Source: a virus (taxonomy: Duplodnaviria > Caudoviricetes). From it: 58,632 bases of DNA. The notes under the pieces are model-generated. The model saw nothing but the letters and a program-made list of their open reading frames with translations, did no database searches and was not told the DNA's origin. The DNA lies in the IMG/VR virus record IMGVR_UViG_3300011118_002165, positions 1 through 58,632 of that record; one strand, given 5' to 3'. Both the position numbers and the translations under genes were made by a program. Of the stretch, positions 8,367 through 18,556 are shown piece by piece; position 1 is the first letter of the stretch, and each line of letters begins with the position of its first letter.

Positions 8367-11300
8367 CCTGCCCTCCTTCAAGGAGGACCACATCTCGCAG
8401 GTACCGGCGTTGGAGCTGCTTCAGAAGCTGCAACCCGGGTACGACTATCTCAGCCAGGCGAAAGTAGTTGAGCTGCGCGGTGGCCGGCTGGGCGGGGTGT
8501 TGCTCGAGACAGTGCTGGCTCAGCAGTTGCGGAAGATCAACGCCATTCGGTTCAAAGGACGAGAGTATCCCTTCAGTGAGGGTAACATCCTGGCGGCCGT
8601 GCAGGCGCTGAAGGACGTGGCCGACGGAGGACTGATCCAAGCCAACGAGAGAGTCTACGACCTGCTGACGCTGGGCAAGGCGATGCCCCAGTCCATCGAC
8701 GGGGACACCAAGAGCTTCCAGCTCGACTACATCGATTGGCGACACCCGGAGAACAACGTCTACCACGTGACCGAGGAGTTCGCAGTCGAACGGACCGGCA
8801 GCCATGAGACGCGCCGACCCGACGTGGTGCTGTTCGTCAACGGCATTCCCTTGGTCGTGATCGAGTGCAAACGCCCTGACCTGAAAGACCCGATCGAGCA
8901 GGCGGTCAGCCAGCAGATCCGCAACCAGCAGCGTGACCAGATCCCGCGGCTGTTTCACTACGCCCAGCTCCTGCTGGCGGTCTCGAAGAACGAGGCCACG
9001 TACGCCACCGTGGGCACGCCGGCGAAGTTTTGGTCTGTGTGGAAGGAGCATGGAGGCGAGGATGCGGCCGTGGCGGGAGTGATCGCCCGGCCGTTGGCCG
9101 AGCAGCAAAGAGGCCAGCTGTTCAGTGAGAGGTTCCGGTACGTGCGGGAGTACTTCGAGGCCTTGGAGCGCGATGGCCGGGAGGTAACGGAGCAAGACCG
9201 GGCCCTGCACGCGCTGTGCAGGCCGGAGCGGCTGCTGGAGTTGGTGTACCGGTTCATGCTCTACGATGCAGGGGAGAAGAAGGTCGCCCGGCATCAGCAA
9301 TACTTCTGCGTGAACAGGATCATGGACCGGATTCGCCGCAAGCAGCGCGACGGCACGCGTAGAGGCGGCGTGGTGTGGCACACCCAGGGCAGCGGCAAGA
9401 GCCTGACGATGGTCATGCTGGCCGAGGCGATCGCGTTGGAGGGCGGGATCGACGACTACAAGATCATCCTGGTGACCGACCGGGTGGACTTGGATGACCA
9501 GATCTACAAGACCTTCCACCACTGCGGCACGCTGCCTGTGCAGGCGAAGACCGGCAAGCATCTGGCCGAGCTTCTGCGGGACAACAAGGCCCGGATCATC
9601 ACCACGGTCATCGACAAGTTCGAGCTGGCGGTTGGCAAGGCAGGCGTGCGGGATGAGAGCCCGGACGTTTTCGTCCTGGTCGACGAGGGCCATCGGAGCC
9701 AGACGGGCAAGTTCGGGCAGTTTGGCACACTGCACACCAACATGCGTAAGGCGATGCCGAATGCCTGCTTCATCGCCTTCACCGGTACGCCGCTGCTGAA
9801 AGGCGAGAGGAACACGATCTCGACGTTTGGCGGTCTGATCGACACCTACACCATCGAGCAGGCGGTGAAGGACAGAGCGGTCGTGCCGTTGCTGTACGAA
9901 GGCCGGCATGTTGACCAGCGCGTCGACACGGAGTCCATCGATGAGTGGTTCGACCGCATCACAGAGAACCTGAGCAGGGAGCAGAAGGCCGACCTGAAGA
10001 AGAAGTTCGCTACCACCGACCAACTGAACAAAGCCCGGCAGAAGGTCATGCGGATCGCGTGGGACGTGGGCGAGCATTTCCGAGACAATTGGCAGGGAAC
10101 ACCGTACAAGGCACAGCTGGTGGCTCAGGACAAAGCGACGGCCCTGCTGTACAAGCGGTTCCTCGATGATTTCGGGATGGTCAGCAGTGAGGTACTCATC
10201 TCCGGGCCGGACGAGCGCGAAGGCGAGGAGGATGTCCACGAGGCGGCCAAAGACAAGGACGAAGAGGCCGCGAAGGATAAGGAGAGGATCAAAGCCTTCT
10301 GGACGGCGATGATGGCCAAGTATGGCAGTGAAAGGGAGTACAACCGCCAGGTCATCAGCGCCTTCAAGCATGCCGAGCAGCCTGAGATCATCATCGTCGT
10401 CGACAAGTTGTTGACCGGCTTCGATGCCCCCCGCAACACGGTGCTGTACCTGACCCGCAGGCTGACTGGCCACACGCTGCTCCAGGCTATCGCTCGCGTG
10501 AACCGGCTCTACGACGGTAAGGACTTCGGGTACATCATCGACTACCGGGGGGTGCTTCAGAATCTCGATGAAGCCCTGGACATCTACGGGCAGCTCGCCG
10601 AGTTCGACCGGGACGGGCTGGCCGACCTGTGCACGGCCCTGACGGATGTGGACGTCGAGGTGCAGAAGCTGCCCCAGCGACATTCAGACCTCTGGGATCT
10701 GTTCAAGGCCGTCCGGAACCGGCGGGATGAAGAGGCCTACGAGCGGCTGCTGGCCGACGAGGAGTTGCGGGCGAGGTTCTATGAGCGGCTGAGCGCCTAC
10801 TCCCGCGCGCTGGCGATTGCCCTGTCGTCATCGGCGTTCCTGGAGGAAACACCGGATGGCAAGCTCGCCAAGTACAGAGAGGACCTGCGGTTCTTCATGA
10901 AGCTCCGGACGTCGGTGCGGAAGCGCTACGCCGAGGTGGTGGATTTCAAGGAGTATGAGGCCCGCATCCAGAAGCTGGTGGACCAGCACGTCGGCACGGG
11001 CGAGGTGGAGAAGATCACCGACCTGGTGAACATCTTCGACGCCGACGCGTTCGCCAAGGAGGTCGAGAAGCTCGGCAGCACGGCCTCCAAGGCCGACACC
11101 ATTGCCTACCGCACGAAACGGACCATCCATGACCGCATGCAGGAAGACCCGGCGTTCTACCGGCGGTTCTCGGAGATGCTGGAGGACGCCATCCGGGCGT
11201 TTCGGGAGCAGCGGTTCTCCGACGCCGAGTATCTGCGCAAGGTCGCGGAGATCGCCGAGAAGGTGAAGAACCGGACCGGTGACGATGTTCCTGAGGCATT

Positions 11301-11604
11301 GGCACATCATGACGTGGCGAAGGCGTTCTTCGGAGTCCTGCAGGAGGTCTTCGCCGAGCACGAGGGGGACGGCTTCGAGCCCCGTTCGGCAGGTACGGCG
11401 GCGAGCCTTGCCATCGACGAGATCGTCCAGCGGAACCGCATTGTCAACTGGAAGAACAACACGGACGTGCAGAATCGGATGATGGGCGCGATTGAGGATT
11501 ACCTTTTCGAGTTGCAGGAGGAGCAAGGGCTGGAGCTGACCTTCGAGGACATCGACCGCATTCTGGAGATGGTCCTGGACATCGCACGGACACGGTATGC
11601 CTGA
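8356..11604 (+). CDS. hsdR: Type I R-M restriction endonuclease/translocase subunit
   Basis: RPDVVLFVNGIPLVVIECK nuclease, HTQGSGKS Walker A, DEGHRSQ, FTGTP, LLTGFDAP, QAIARVNR. Confidence 0.97.
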   Translation: MSHDLPSFKEDHISQVPALELLQKLQPGYDYLSQAKVVELRGGRLGGVLLETVLAQQLRKINAIRFKGREYPFSEGNILAAVQALKDVADGGLIQANERVYDLLTLGKAMPQSIDGDTKSFQLDYIDWRHPENNVYHVTEEFAVERTGSHETRRPDVVLFVNGIPLVVIECKRPDLKDPIEQAVSQQIRNQQRDQIPRLFHYAQLLLAVSKNEATYATVGTPAKFWSVWKEHGGEDAAVAGVIARPLAEQQRGQLFSERFRYVREYFEALERDGREVTEQDRALHALCRPERLLELVYRFMLYDAGEKKVARHQQYFCVNRIMDRIRRKQRDGTRRGGVVWHTQGSGKSLTMVMLAEAIALEGGIDDYKIILVTDRVDLDDQIYKTFHHCGTLPVQAKTGKHLAELLRDNKARIITTVIDKFELAVGKAGVRDESPDVFVLVDEGHRSQTGKFGQFGTLHTNMRKAMPNACFIAFTGTPLLKGERNTISTFGGLIDTYTIEQAVKDRAVVPLLYEGRHVDQRVDTESIDEWFDRITENLSREQKADLKKKFATTDQLNKARQKVMRIAWDVGEHFRDNWQGTPYKAQLVAQDKATALLYKRFLDDFGMVSSEVLISGPDEREGEEDVHEAAKDKDEEAAKDKERIKAFWTAMMAKYGSEREYNRQVISAFKHAEQPEIIIVVDKLLTGFDAPRNTVLYLTRRLTGHTLLQAIARVNRLYDGKDFGYIIDYRGVLQNLDEALDIYGQLAEFDRDGLADLCTALTDVDVEVQKLPQRHSDLWDLFKAVRNRRDEEAYERLLADEELRARFYERLSAYSRALAIALSSSAFLEETPDGKLAKYREDLRFFMKLRTSVRKRYAEVVDFKEYEARIQKLVDQHVGTGEVEKITDLVNIFDADAFAKEVEKLGSTASKADTIAYRTKRTIHDRMQEDPAFYRRFSEMLEDAIRAFREQRFSDAEYLRKVAEIAEKVKNRTGDDVPEALAHHDVAKAFFGVLQEVFAEHEGDGFEPRSAGTAASLAIDEIVQRNRIVNWKNNTDVQNRMMGAIEDYLFELQEEQGLELTFEDIDRILEMVLDIARTRYA

Positions 11605-12322
11605 TCCAGCCCGCCAAACCGTGTTTGTCGAGTACGGCGGACAGCACATCTCCGTGGACGTGGAATTCCGACTGCGGAAGCGACTATCGATTTCTGTGCA
11701 TCCGGATGGGTCGGTGACCGCGCTGGCCCCGTCGGATCGGTCCCTGGAAGACGTGCTTGCGCATCTGCGCCGTCGGCGGGCGTGGATCGCGAAGCAGCGT
11801 CGTCACTTCGAGAAGTACCAGCCTCTGCCGGAGGAGAAGCGGTACGTTTCCGGGGAGACGCACCTGTACCTAGGCCGACAGTACCGTCTCCGAATTCGGC
11901 AGGCGGATGAGGCCGCGGCGAAGCTCATCGGGCGGTTCTTCAACGTGCATGTGCCCCGCCCCGATGAGCCACAGGCCGTTGCCGCGGCCATGGATGCATG
12001 GTACCGGGAGCATGCGGAATCACTTTTGCGCGACCGACTGGATCGCTGCCTTGAGTCGGCGGCTTCGCTGAGGCTGACTGAGGTGAGCCTGCGAGTCAGG
12101 CCGATGAGACGACGCTGGGGGAGCTGCTCGGAGGCGGGCACAATCACACTCAACGTGGACCTGGTCAAAGCGCCGCTGCACTGCATCGACTACGTGATCA
12201 TGCATGAGCTGTGCCACCTGCGTGTTCACGACCACAGCCCAGCGTTCTTCCGATTGCTTGGCCGTTGCATGCCGGATTGGCAAGCAAGGAAGCAACGTCT
12301 GGAAACGGTTGTGCTGCGATAG
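11597..12322 (+). CDS. M48/SprT-like zinc metallopeptidase (YgjP/DUF45 family)
   Basis: RRWGSCS, DYVIMHELCH..HDHSPAF; usual position after hsdR. Confidence 0.9.
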   Translation: MPDPARQTVFVEYGGQHISVDVEFRLRKRLSISVHPDGSVTALAPSDRSLEDVLAHLRRRRAWIAKQRRHFEKYQPLPEEKRYVSGETHLYLGRQYRLRIRQADEAAAKLIGRFFNVHVPRPDEPQAVAAAMDAWYREHAESLLRDRLDRCLESAASLRLTEVSLRVRPMRRRWGSCSEAGTITLNVDLVKAPLHCIDYVIMHELCHLRVHDHSPAFFRLLGRCMPDWQARKQRLETVVLR

Positions 12323-12357
12323 CCATACTGCCTACGGCGTCCACGGGAAGCGGGAAG

Positions 12358-14820
12358 TCATTCGTGCTCGAAGTCCCACGCCGCGACGGCGTACCAGGTG
12401 GCGTAGGACGCCTCGTAGCCCCAGGTTCCGTCGGGCGGGAACTCGGTTGGGCGGTCGAGGGTGCCGAAGCGGTCGGTGCTGTAGTGCGGGTCGGCGGTCG
12501 GCACGTGCCAGTCGGTGCGCCAGAGGTTCTGCTTGTCCTGGACCCAGCCTTCGCCGAAGTGGTGGAAGGTCTCTTCGTACCACGGCTCGGTCGGCACGAA
12601 GAACCACTCCATCGTCGCGTACATGCCGGGATCCAGGCCGGTGACGCGGCCCCATGGGCTGCCGCGCCAGGCATAACCGTCGGCGTCTGTGCCCTCGTAT
12701 GGTCCCCAGCCGGACTCCCACGAGCTGGTCTCCCACCAGAGCGAGCCGCTTGGGAACCACGAGCGGCGGAGGATCGCGTCGCCGTCCGGGCCCTGGCCGA
12801 AGGTGCAGACGTGGCGGGTCTTCTTCAGGAGGGCGATGGCGGCGTGGAGTTCGTTGAAGACCCACGGGCCGATGAAGTCGCCGTGGCGGGCGCGGCCGTG
12901 GGTGGTCACGAGGTCGGGCTTGGCGGTCTGGTCGGCGGCGAGCCGCCAGGCCGTGCCGTCGTGCTCCATCAGCTTGCCGCTGAGATTCGCCCAGTCGTCG
13001 GCGGTGCGGAGGTGGTCGCGGCCGATGTACATCCGCCAGCTTGAGCCCTGAAGGCCAGGATGCACGCGGACGACGGTGCCCTCCGGGGCGTCGAGGAACG
13101 TCCAGCCGCCCGGGTCGTCGTCCCAGCGGGCGATCTTGCCGTCCTGACCTTCCCAGTCGCCCGTCGCGCCGAAGGCGATGGCGTAGTAGAAGCCGTCTTG
13201 TGGACTGGCTGGCGGCTTGTTGCGGATGGCGTCCACGAGGTAGTCCCACGTCTTCGCCCATGTCGCCAGCGACCCGTTGTTGTGGTAGGAGGGGAAGAGG
13301 TAGCGGAAGCCCGTCTCTCGCGGCAGGGCCATGTACGCCATCTGTGTGCCGGCGATCCGGTGGGCCTGGTAGTGGTCCGAGCCCTCTCCGCCGTACACCC
13401 AGTAGGAGCCGTTCCACCGGGCACGAAGGCCGCCCATGCCCTCCCAAGCGCCCGTGGCGCCCGCGGCGACGAGGTACACGTCCGACGTGTTTGGGCTGGC
13501 CGGCGGGTCGGTTCGCGGCGGTTCGGCCGAGATAAGGTAGCGCCACCAGTCGTCGGCGACGCGGGACCAGTAGCGGGCCTTCTGCCCGGCCACACCCGGG
13601 GCGCCGATCGCGGCGATCTCCCGCGGGAAGCGGCGCGTGAAGCCGGTGGGGTAGTTCTCCCACCGGCCGGCCTGCACGACGAGCGTGGCCTCGATGTCCC
13701 GCATGGGGTAGCTGTTGCCCGGCGGCGTCCACTGGCCGGTGCCGCCCGTGGCGTTGACCTGGACGGCGTGGCCATCGTCGGGCGTCTCGAACGTCCAGTA
13801 GTAGTAAGCGGGGTCGCCGTCGGGGTCGTAGACGCACTCGGCGATCTGATTGGCGTGGCCGGCCCAGTCGCCTGTCGGGGCCCACATGACGGCGAACCGC
13901 TCGCCGACGTGGGCGTAGCCGGGGCTGTACGGCGGCGCGAAGCCGTAGCCGGTGAGCACCTCGTTCACCGCGCGCAGCCCGGCCGCGGCGCGGAGGCGGT
14001 TCAGACTCATCATCGGGATCGCCGCGAGGATGCCGTCGATGTCGGCGGCTTGGGGAAAGTCCACCGTGTTGACGTACTTGCCGGCCCCGGCAAGCTCCTC
14101 GGTATGCGCCTGGAGCACCCCCCACGCGGTCTGGCCGAAGTGGTAGCTGTCGTACGGGCTGGCGCTCTGGACCTGCCAGCCTTGCCAGCGGGGCCCCGTG
14201 CTGTTGTACGTCAGGACGGACTCGTCGTCCGTGCGGACCGTGCAGTACGTCCCCGGCGTGGCGAGCTCCCAGCCGCCGGTGGTCTTCGTGGCGAGCGTGT
14301 GGCTGTGGCCGGCCCATTCGCTTTCCGCGTCGGCGTCGAGGACGGCGTACGTATCGCCAATCTCGGCATCCTCGGGCGGCCGGCGGGCCGCGGCCTTCAC
14401 GTCATGCGACGCGACGACCACGCGGTACCAATGCCCGCCTTCGCGCCACTGCCCGCCCGTCAGCCAGATGATCCGCCCATCGGGCAGCTCGTACCCTCCA
14501 TAGTTGTAGCCGCCGAACGTCCAGTAGCCGGGATCGCCGGCATGCCAGGTCGCGAGTGTGTTGGGGTGGCCCGCCCACGCGCCGGTCGGGGCGTCCGCTG
14601 TGGCGTACTGCGCCCCGTCGGCAGGCGCTCCGGGCGGGTCGTTCTGCCAGCCGTCCAGCCAGCCGTTGGCGGCGTAGGGGTTGTCGAGGTAGTCCCGCCA
14701 GTTCTTCTCGCGGCCGTACGCGGCCTTGTACCGCTCATTGAGGGCGTCTGCGAACTGACCGGTGAAGTCGATGTGCGTCCAGTCGGTTCCCGCGTTGGCA
14801 GGCAGGCCCGTCCATCCCAT
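12358..14820 (-). CDS. Distal tail/receptor-binding protein with about five DUF2793-like repeats
   Basis: Repeated PPxxPxxGxxYxVAxGATGxWxGxxxxIAxWxxxxWxF units; last gene of the tail operon; ATG 14820 preceded by GGGAG. Confidence 0.65.
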   Translation of the reverse strand: MGWTGLPANAGTDWTHIDFTGQFADALNERYKAAYGREKNWRDYLDNPYAANGWLDGWQNDPPGAPADGAQYATADAPTGAWAGHPNTLATWHAGDPGYWTFGGYNYGGYELPDGRIIWLTGGQWREGGHWYRVVVASHDVKAAARRPPEDAEIGDTYAVLDADAESEWAGHSHTLATKTTGGWELATPGTYCTVRTDDESVLTYNSTGPRWQGWQVQSASPYDSYHFGQTAWGVLQAHTEELAGAGKYVNTVDFPQAADIDGILAAIPMMSLNRLRAAAGLRAVNEVLTGYGFAPPYSPGYAHVGERFAVMWAPTGDWAGHANQIAECVYDPDGDPAYYYWTFETPDDGHAVQVNATGGTGQWTPPGNSYPMRDIEATLVVQAGRWENYPTGFTRRFPREIAAIGAPGVAGQKARYWSRVADDWWRYLISAEPPRTDPPASPNTSDVYLVAAGATGAWEGMGGLRARWNGSYWVYGGEGSDHYQAHRIAGTQMAYMALPRETGFRYLFPSYHNNGSLATWAKTWDYLVDAIRNKPPASPQDGFYYAIAFGATGDWEGQDGKIARWDDDPGGWTFLDAPEGTVVRVHPGLQGSSWRMYIGRDHLRTADDWANLSGKLMEHDGTAWRLAADQTAKPDLVTTHGRARHGDFIGPWVFNELHAAIALLKKTRHVCTFGQGPDGDAILRRSWFPSGSLWWETSSWESGWGPYEGTDADGYAWRGSPWGRVTGLDPGMYATMEWFFVPTEPWYEETFHHFGEGWVQDKQNLWRTDWHVPTADPHYSTDRFGTLDRPTEFPPDGTWGYEASYATWYAVAAWDFEHE

Positions 14821-14834
14821 GGCACACGTTCTCC

Positions 14835-15485
14835 CTACGACGGCGGGTTGCCGTGCATCCGCACGAAGTCCCAGACCTCTTTGACGCCTTCGCCCGTGCC
14901 CTGGGCCTGGAGGACCTCGTACTCGGCCGGGTCGGTCGGTCGCCAGGGCGCGACGCCCAACAGGACGACCGCCCATCGCTCTCCGACGCCCGGCTGCTTC
15001 CAGAGGACCCGAGCCGCGCCGTGCTGGCGGGAGGCCAGCTTCGCAACGCTTTCGTCGAGAACGTCGGCGTACGTGTGCGCCTCGTCGGTGACCTCGACCT
15101 TCACGGGCGTGAGGCCCTGGATGTAAGCCCGGCCGACCTTTTGGCCGGCGATGGGCTCGGTGAGGATGACGAACTGCCCGGCATGCTTGTCCTCGTCGGG
15201 TGTGCGGCCCTCGAAGGCGAACGGCTCGCGGAGAAAGGCGTCCTCGTCGTCCGTTGGGTCGAACAGCACGTCCTCGATGCCCAACACGGCGAAGCGGTCG
15301 CGATCGGCGTAACTGGTGTTCTTCACCGGGACCGTGATCGCACTGGGCGAGAAACGCAGCTCGCCGCCCGGCCGGCCGAACTGGCGGGCCAGGTGGGTAT
15401 TGGCGGCGTCGGCGAAGCTGTTCCAGTGTTCGGCCCGGAAGGTAATCTTCTGGCCGCGTTTGACCTTGGGAACCTGGTTCGCCAT
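14835..15485 (-). CDS. Phage minor tail protein (hypothetical)
   Basis: 216-aa ORF tightly packed in the tail operon downstream of the tape measure gene. Confidence 0.6.
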   Translation of the reverse strand: MANQVPKVKRGQKITFRAEHWNSFADAANTHLARQFGRPGGELRFSPSAITVPVKNTSYADRDRFAVLGIEDVLFDPTDDEDAFLREPFAFEGRTPDEDKHAGQFVILTEPIAGQKVGRAYIQGLTPVKVEVTDEAHTYADVLDESVAKLASRQHGAARVLWKQPGVGERWAVVLLGVAPWRPTDPAEYEVLQAQGTGEGVKEVWDFVRMHGNPPS

Positions 15486-15488
15486 CGC

Positions 15489-16328
15489 TTACCCTCCCGG
15501 CGCCTCGGGCGGTTCGAGATCCGCGAAGTCGCCGGCGTCGTACACCCGCTCGACGTGCACAGCCACGGGCCGCTTGACCAGGCGCTTGGGATTGGCCGAC
15601 TCGTCCACCTCCTCGGCGTACTCGACCCAGAGGTACTCCCAGCCCTTCTTGTCGATGTCGGAGATGTCACCGACGGTCAGGCCCGTGGCGTTGGGGCTGG
15701 CGGCGAAGCTGAAGGTGATCTCCCAGTCCCCACGGCCGCGCTTCGAGCCGCTGGCACCCAGGAACAGCACCTCGCCTTCGGCGAAGCCGCCCCAGGCGGC
15801 GTTGTTCGTCTTGCCCGTCAGGCGGAAGAGCTTGCCCTTGTACTCGTTCGTGACGCGGCTGTCGGCGATGAGGTGCGTCTCGCTGAACCGATAGACCGGC
15901 ACGGTGACGTCCACGCCCTCGATGCCGTCGGGCGTGACGCCGATCGCGCCCTTGTAGTCGGCGGCCGTCTTGTCCGGCGGGGCGAAGCTGGCGACGTGGG
16001 CCTTGGCCTGTGTGATGTGCTGGCTACCGCCGCCGGTGTCGAAGCTGTAGGACGACTCGCCTTCCTCCAACTCCTCGTCCGGCGGGCGGTACTGGACCGT
16101 CGCCTCCCAGTGCCACGGCCCGGCCGGCTCCAAGGTGATCTCGCCACGCTCCAGCTCGTTGTGCGTGGTCGGGGCCTGCTGGCGGACGGCCTGTGTCGCG
16201 AGAAGCTCGTCGTCGGTGCCCCTGACGAGGAAATGCCGCTCGACGGACAGGAGCTCCTGGTCCGCGTCGCCCTGGCCGCTGTCCTTCGTCGGGCGGCTGA
16301 GGTACTTTTCCTCGACGGTGATGGGCAT
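15489..16328 (-). CDS. Phage tail tip/distal tail protein (hypothetical)
   Basis: 279-aa beta-rich ORF immediately after the tape measure gene. Confidence 0.6.
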   Translation of the reverse strand: MPITVEEKYLSRPTKDSGQGDADQELLSVERHFLVRGTDDELLATQAVRQQAPTTHNELERGEITLEPAGPWHWEATVQYRPPDEELEEGESSYSFDTGGGSQHITQAKAHVASFAPPDKTAADYKGAIGVTPDGIEGVDVTVPVYRFSETHLIADSRVTNEYKGKLFRLTGKTNNAAWGGFAEGEVLFLGASGSKRGRGDWEITFSFAASPNATGLTVGDISDIDKKGWEYLWVEYAEEVDESANPKRLVKRPVAVHVERVYDAGDFADLEPPEAPGG

Positions 16329-16343
16329 CCGTGCCGTCCCTTC

Positions 16344-18302
16344 CTACGCGAACGACGAGCCGCCAAAGTCCTCCAGCAGCTCGCGCATCTTGCGGGTGTT
16401 CTTCTCCGTCCCTTCGGAGGCAACGGCGGTGCGTTCCATCGCCGAGCCCGCGCCGAAGCCCGACAGCCCGGCGGCGGCGTTGAACGTGCCGCGGACGGAA
16501 CGCTTGAGTTGGTCGCCCAACCCACCCGCTGCCGCTCGGATACGATTCAGCAGGTCGTCGGGCCCTTCGAGCTTGCCCGGCCCGGAGTCGGCATCTTCCT
16601 TCGCCTGGCGTTTGCCACGGGCATCGGCGAGGGCCTGCTTCCATTCGTCGCGGGCCGAGGCGAGCTCATCTTCCGCCGCCTTCATCCGATCGCGGTACTC
16701 GTCGGCCATCTCGTCGCGTTTGCGCTGGTGGGCCTGGCCGATCTGGAGCATCCGGGCCTGATGGCGGCGTTCTTCGGCTTCGCGCTTTTGCTCCCGCTGC
16801 TTCTCACGCTGGGCGATGGCGCGAGCCTGGTCACTGTCGATCCGGGCGATCGCCGCGTCCTTGGCCTTGTCGATCTGTGCGTACTCGGCATCGACGTTCA
16901 CCGAGTCGTCGAACAGGCTCTTGATCCAGGTCCACGCCTTCTGCGCCGCCGCCGACATCTGGTGCCAGGTGCGCTTGAAGAAGCCGACGAATCGGCTCCA
17001 CGTCTTCGACAGGAAGCTGGTGGTCTCGATCCAGCCGATCTCCAGCCCGTGCCAGATCAATTCCCCGAGCGCCAGCGCGCCGTACCATGTGCCGTAGACG
17101 AGCTTCAGGAAACCGTGCTTGAAGCCCAGCCACACGTCGAGCAGTGCCTGCACGCCGCGCTTCCACTGGACCTTCAGCGTCAGCCAGAGGATCTTCGCCG
17201 CCAAGCCGAGGTCGCCGGCGGCGAGCGCGTCGCCGATGCCCTGGTAGGCCGCGAGCGCGTCGTCCTTCAGCGTGGCGAACTTGCCGCCCAGCCAGTCCAG
17301 GGCCTTGCCGCCGGCCTCGGTCGAGGTCAGCAGGTACGCGCCCAGCGCCCCGACGGCGGTGATGACCATGACGATGGGAATCAACAGCCCGCCGAGGACC
17401 GTCGAGGCCACGCCGATCAGGCTGGAAAACAGCGTGACGGCCTTGCCCACGCCGACCAGCGCCGCCCCGGCGGCGACGACGCCGGCGGCGAGCTGTGCCA
17501 GCGAGACGATCAGGCCGCGGTTCTGCCCGATCCACGAGATGGCGGCCGACGCCCAGGCTGCCATGCCCTCGCCGATCTCGGTAAGGGCAGGCGCCAGCGC
17601 CGCCCCGACCTGGAAGACGACCATCTTGAGGACCTTCCAGAGTTTGTCGAAGGCGTCGGTGAGGTCCTCGGCTGCCTTGGCGTCTTTGCCGCTCATCGTC
17701 AGCCCTAGCCGTCGGGCCTCGGCCTGCATGGCCTCGATGCCCTTGGCGCCCTGGGCGAACATCGGCAGCAGGTTCGTACCCGTCCTGCCGAACAGCGACA
17801 TGGCGATGGCCGCCTTCTTGGTTGGATCGTCGATCTTCGAGATCGCCTCGGCCAGCAGCTTGAACTGCTGTTCGGGCGAGAGGCCGTCGAGGTCCTCGAA
17901 CCGCAGGCCCAGGTCAGCCAGGGCGTCGGTCTGGGTGGACAGGCCGCGGCCGGCGTCGTAGATCGACCGCTGCATCTTGCGGAAGGCCATCTCCAGCGAC
18001 GCGAACTCCGTTCCCGTCTGGCTGGCGACGAACCGCAGTTCCGAGAGCGTCTCGACCGACAGGCCCGTGCGCTTGGCCATCTTCGCGACCTGGTCACCCA
18101 TCTTCGCGAACGACTTAGCCGCCACGACGGCCGGGGCCGCGAAGGCGCTGCCGACGGCGAGAATGCGCGTGCCCCAGCGGGTCACGCCGGCTCCGAAGGC
18201 CCTCAGCCGGGCCTGGGCGCGCTTGAGCCCGGCCGTGAGCTTGTCGCCCACGCCGAGCTCGACGTACGCCCGCCCAGCCTTGATGCCCGTCGTGTTCGCC
18301 AC
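16344..18302 (-). CDS. Tail tape measure protein
   Basis: AGRAYVEL start, KMAKRTGLSVETLSEL, AMSLFGRTG, Ala/Gly-rich hydrophobic middle, periodic Trp, coiled-coil end. Confidence 0.9.
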   Translation of the reverse strand: MANTTGIKAGRAYVELGVGDKLTAGLKRAQARLRAFGAGVTRWGTRILAVGSAFAAPAVVAAKSFAKMGDQVAKMAKRTGLSVETLSELRFVASQTGTEFASLEMAFRKMQRSIYDAGRGLSTQTDALADLGLRFEDLDGLSPEQQFKLLAEAISKIDDPTKKAAIAMSLFGRTGTNLLPMFAQGAKGIEAMQAEARRLGLTMSGKDAKAAEDLTDAFDKLWKVLKMVVFQVGAALAPALTEIGEGMAAWASAAISWIGQNRGLIVSLAQLAAGVVAAGAALVGVGKAVTLFSSLIGVASTVLGGLLIPIVMVITAVGALGAYLLTSTEAGGKALDWLGGKFATLKDDALAAYQGIGDALAAGDLGLAAKILWLTLKVQWKRGVQALLDVWLGFKHGFLKLVYGTWYGALALGELIWHGLEIGWIETTSFLSKTWSRFVGFFKRTWHQMSAAAQKAWTWIKSLFDDSVNVDAEYAQIDKAKDAAIARIDSDQARAIAQREKQREQKREAEERRHQARMLQIGQAHQRKRDEMADEYRDRMKAAEDELASARDEWKQALADARGKRQAKEDADSGPGKLEGPDDLLNRIRAAAGGLGDQLKRSVRGTFNAAAGLSGFGAGSAMERTAVASEGTEKNTRKMRELLEDFGGSSFA

Positions 18303-18305
18303 GGA

Positions 18306-18548
18306 TCAGTCCTCGTACGCCACGCGGATGTTCTCGCGGTCGACCGCCGCGACGAACCGCCAGACGGCCCGCCGGGCGCCCGCCTTGCGGGTATACGCCT
18401 CTCCGCCGTCGGCAACGATCCGGCCGTTGGCCCGTACGGCGCGCCATCGCCAGCCGTCGGCGGCGCGGTAGATGCGGAAGGTGGTCGTCGTCAGTCGCGC
18501 GGGCCTCGGGGCCCGCTGGCGGTCGGCTTCGGTGAGTGTCTGCGTCAT
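18306..18548 (-). CDS. DUF1508/YegP-like small protein
   Basis: FRIYRAADGWRWRAVRANGRIVADGGEAYTRKAGARRAV matches the family pattern. Confidence 0.7.
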   Translation of the reverse strand: MTQTLTEADRQRAPRPARLTTTTFRIYRAADGWRWRAVRANGRIVADGGEAYTRKAGARRAVWRFVAAVDRENIRVAYED

Positions 18549-18556
18549 GGCCTTCC

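Noticed and set aside
8314-10683. 789-aa minus-strand ORF
   Set aside because: Antisense shadow of hsdR, typical of high-GC coding DNA.
13060-17708. Long plus-strand ORFs (688 aa, 951 aa)
   Set aside because: Antisense shadows of the tail genes with no motifs.
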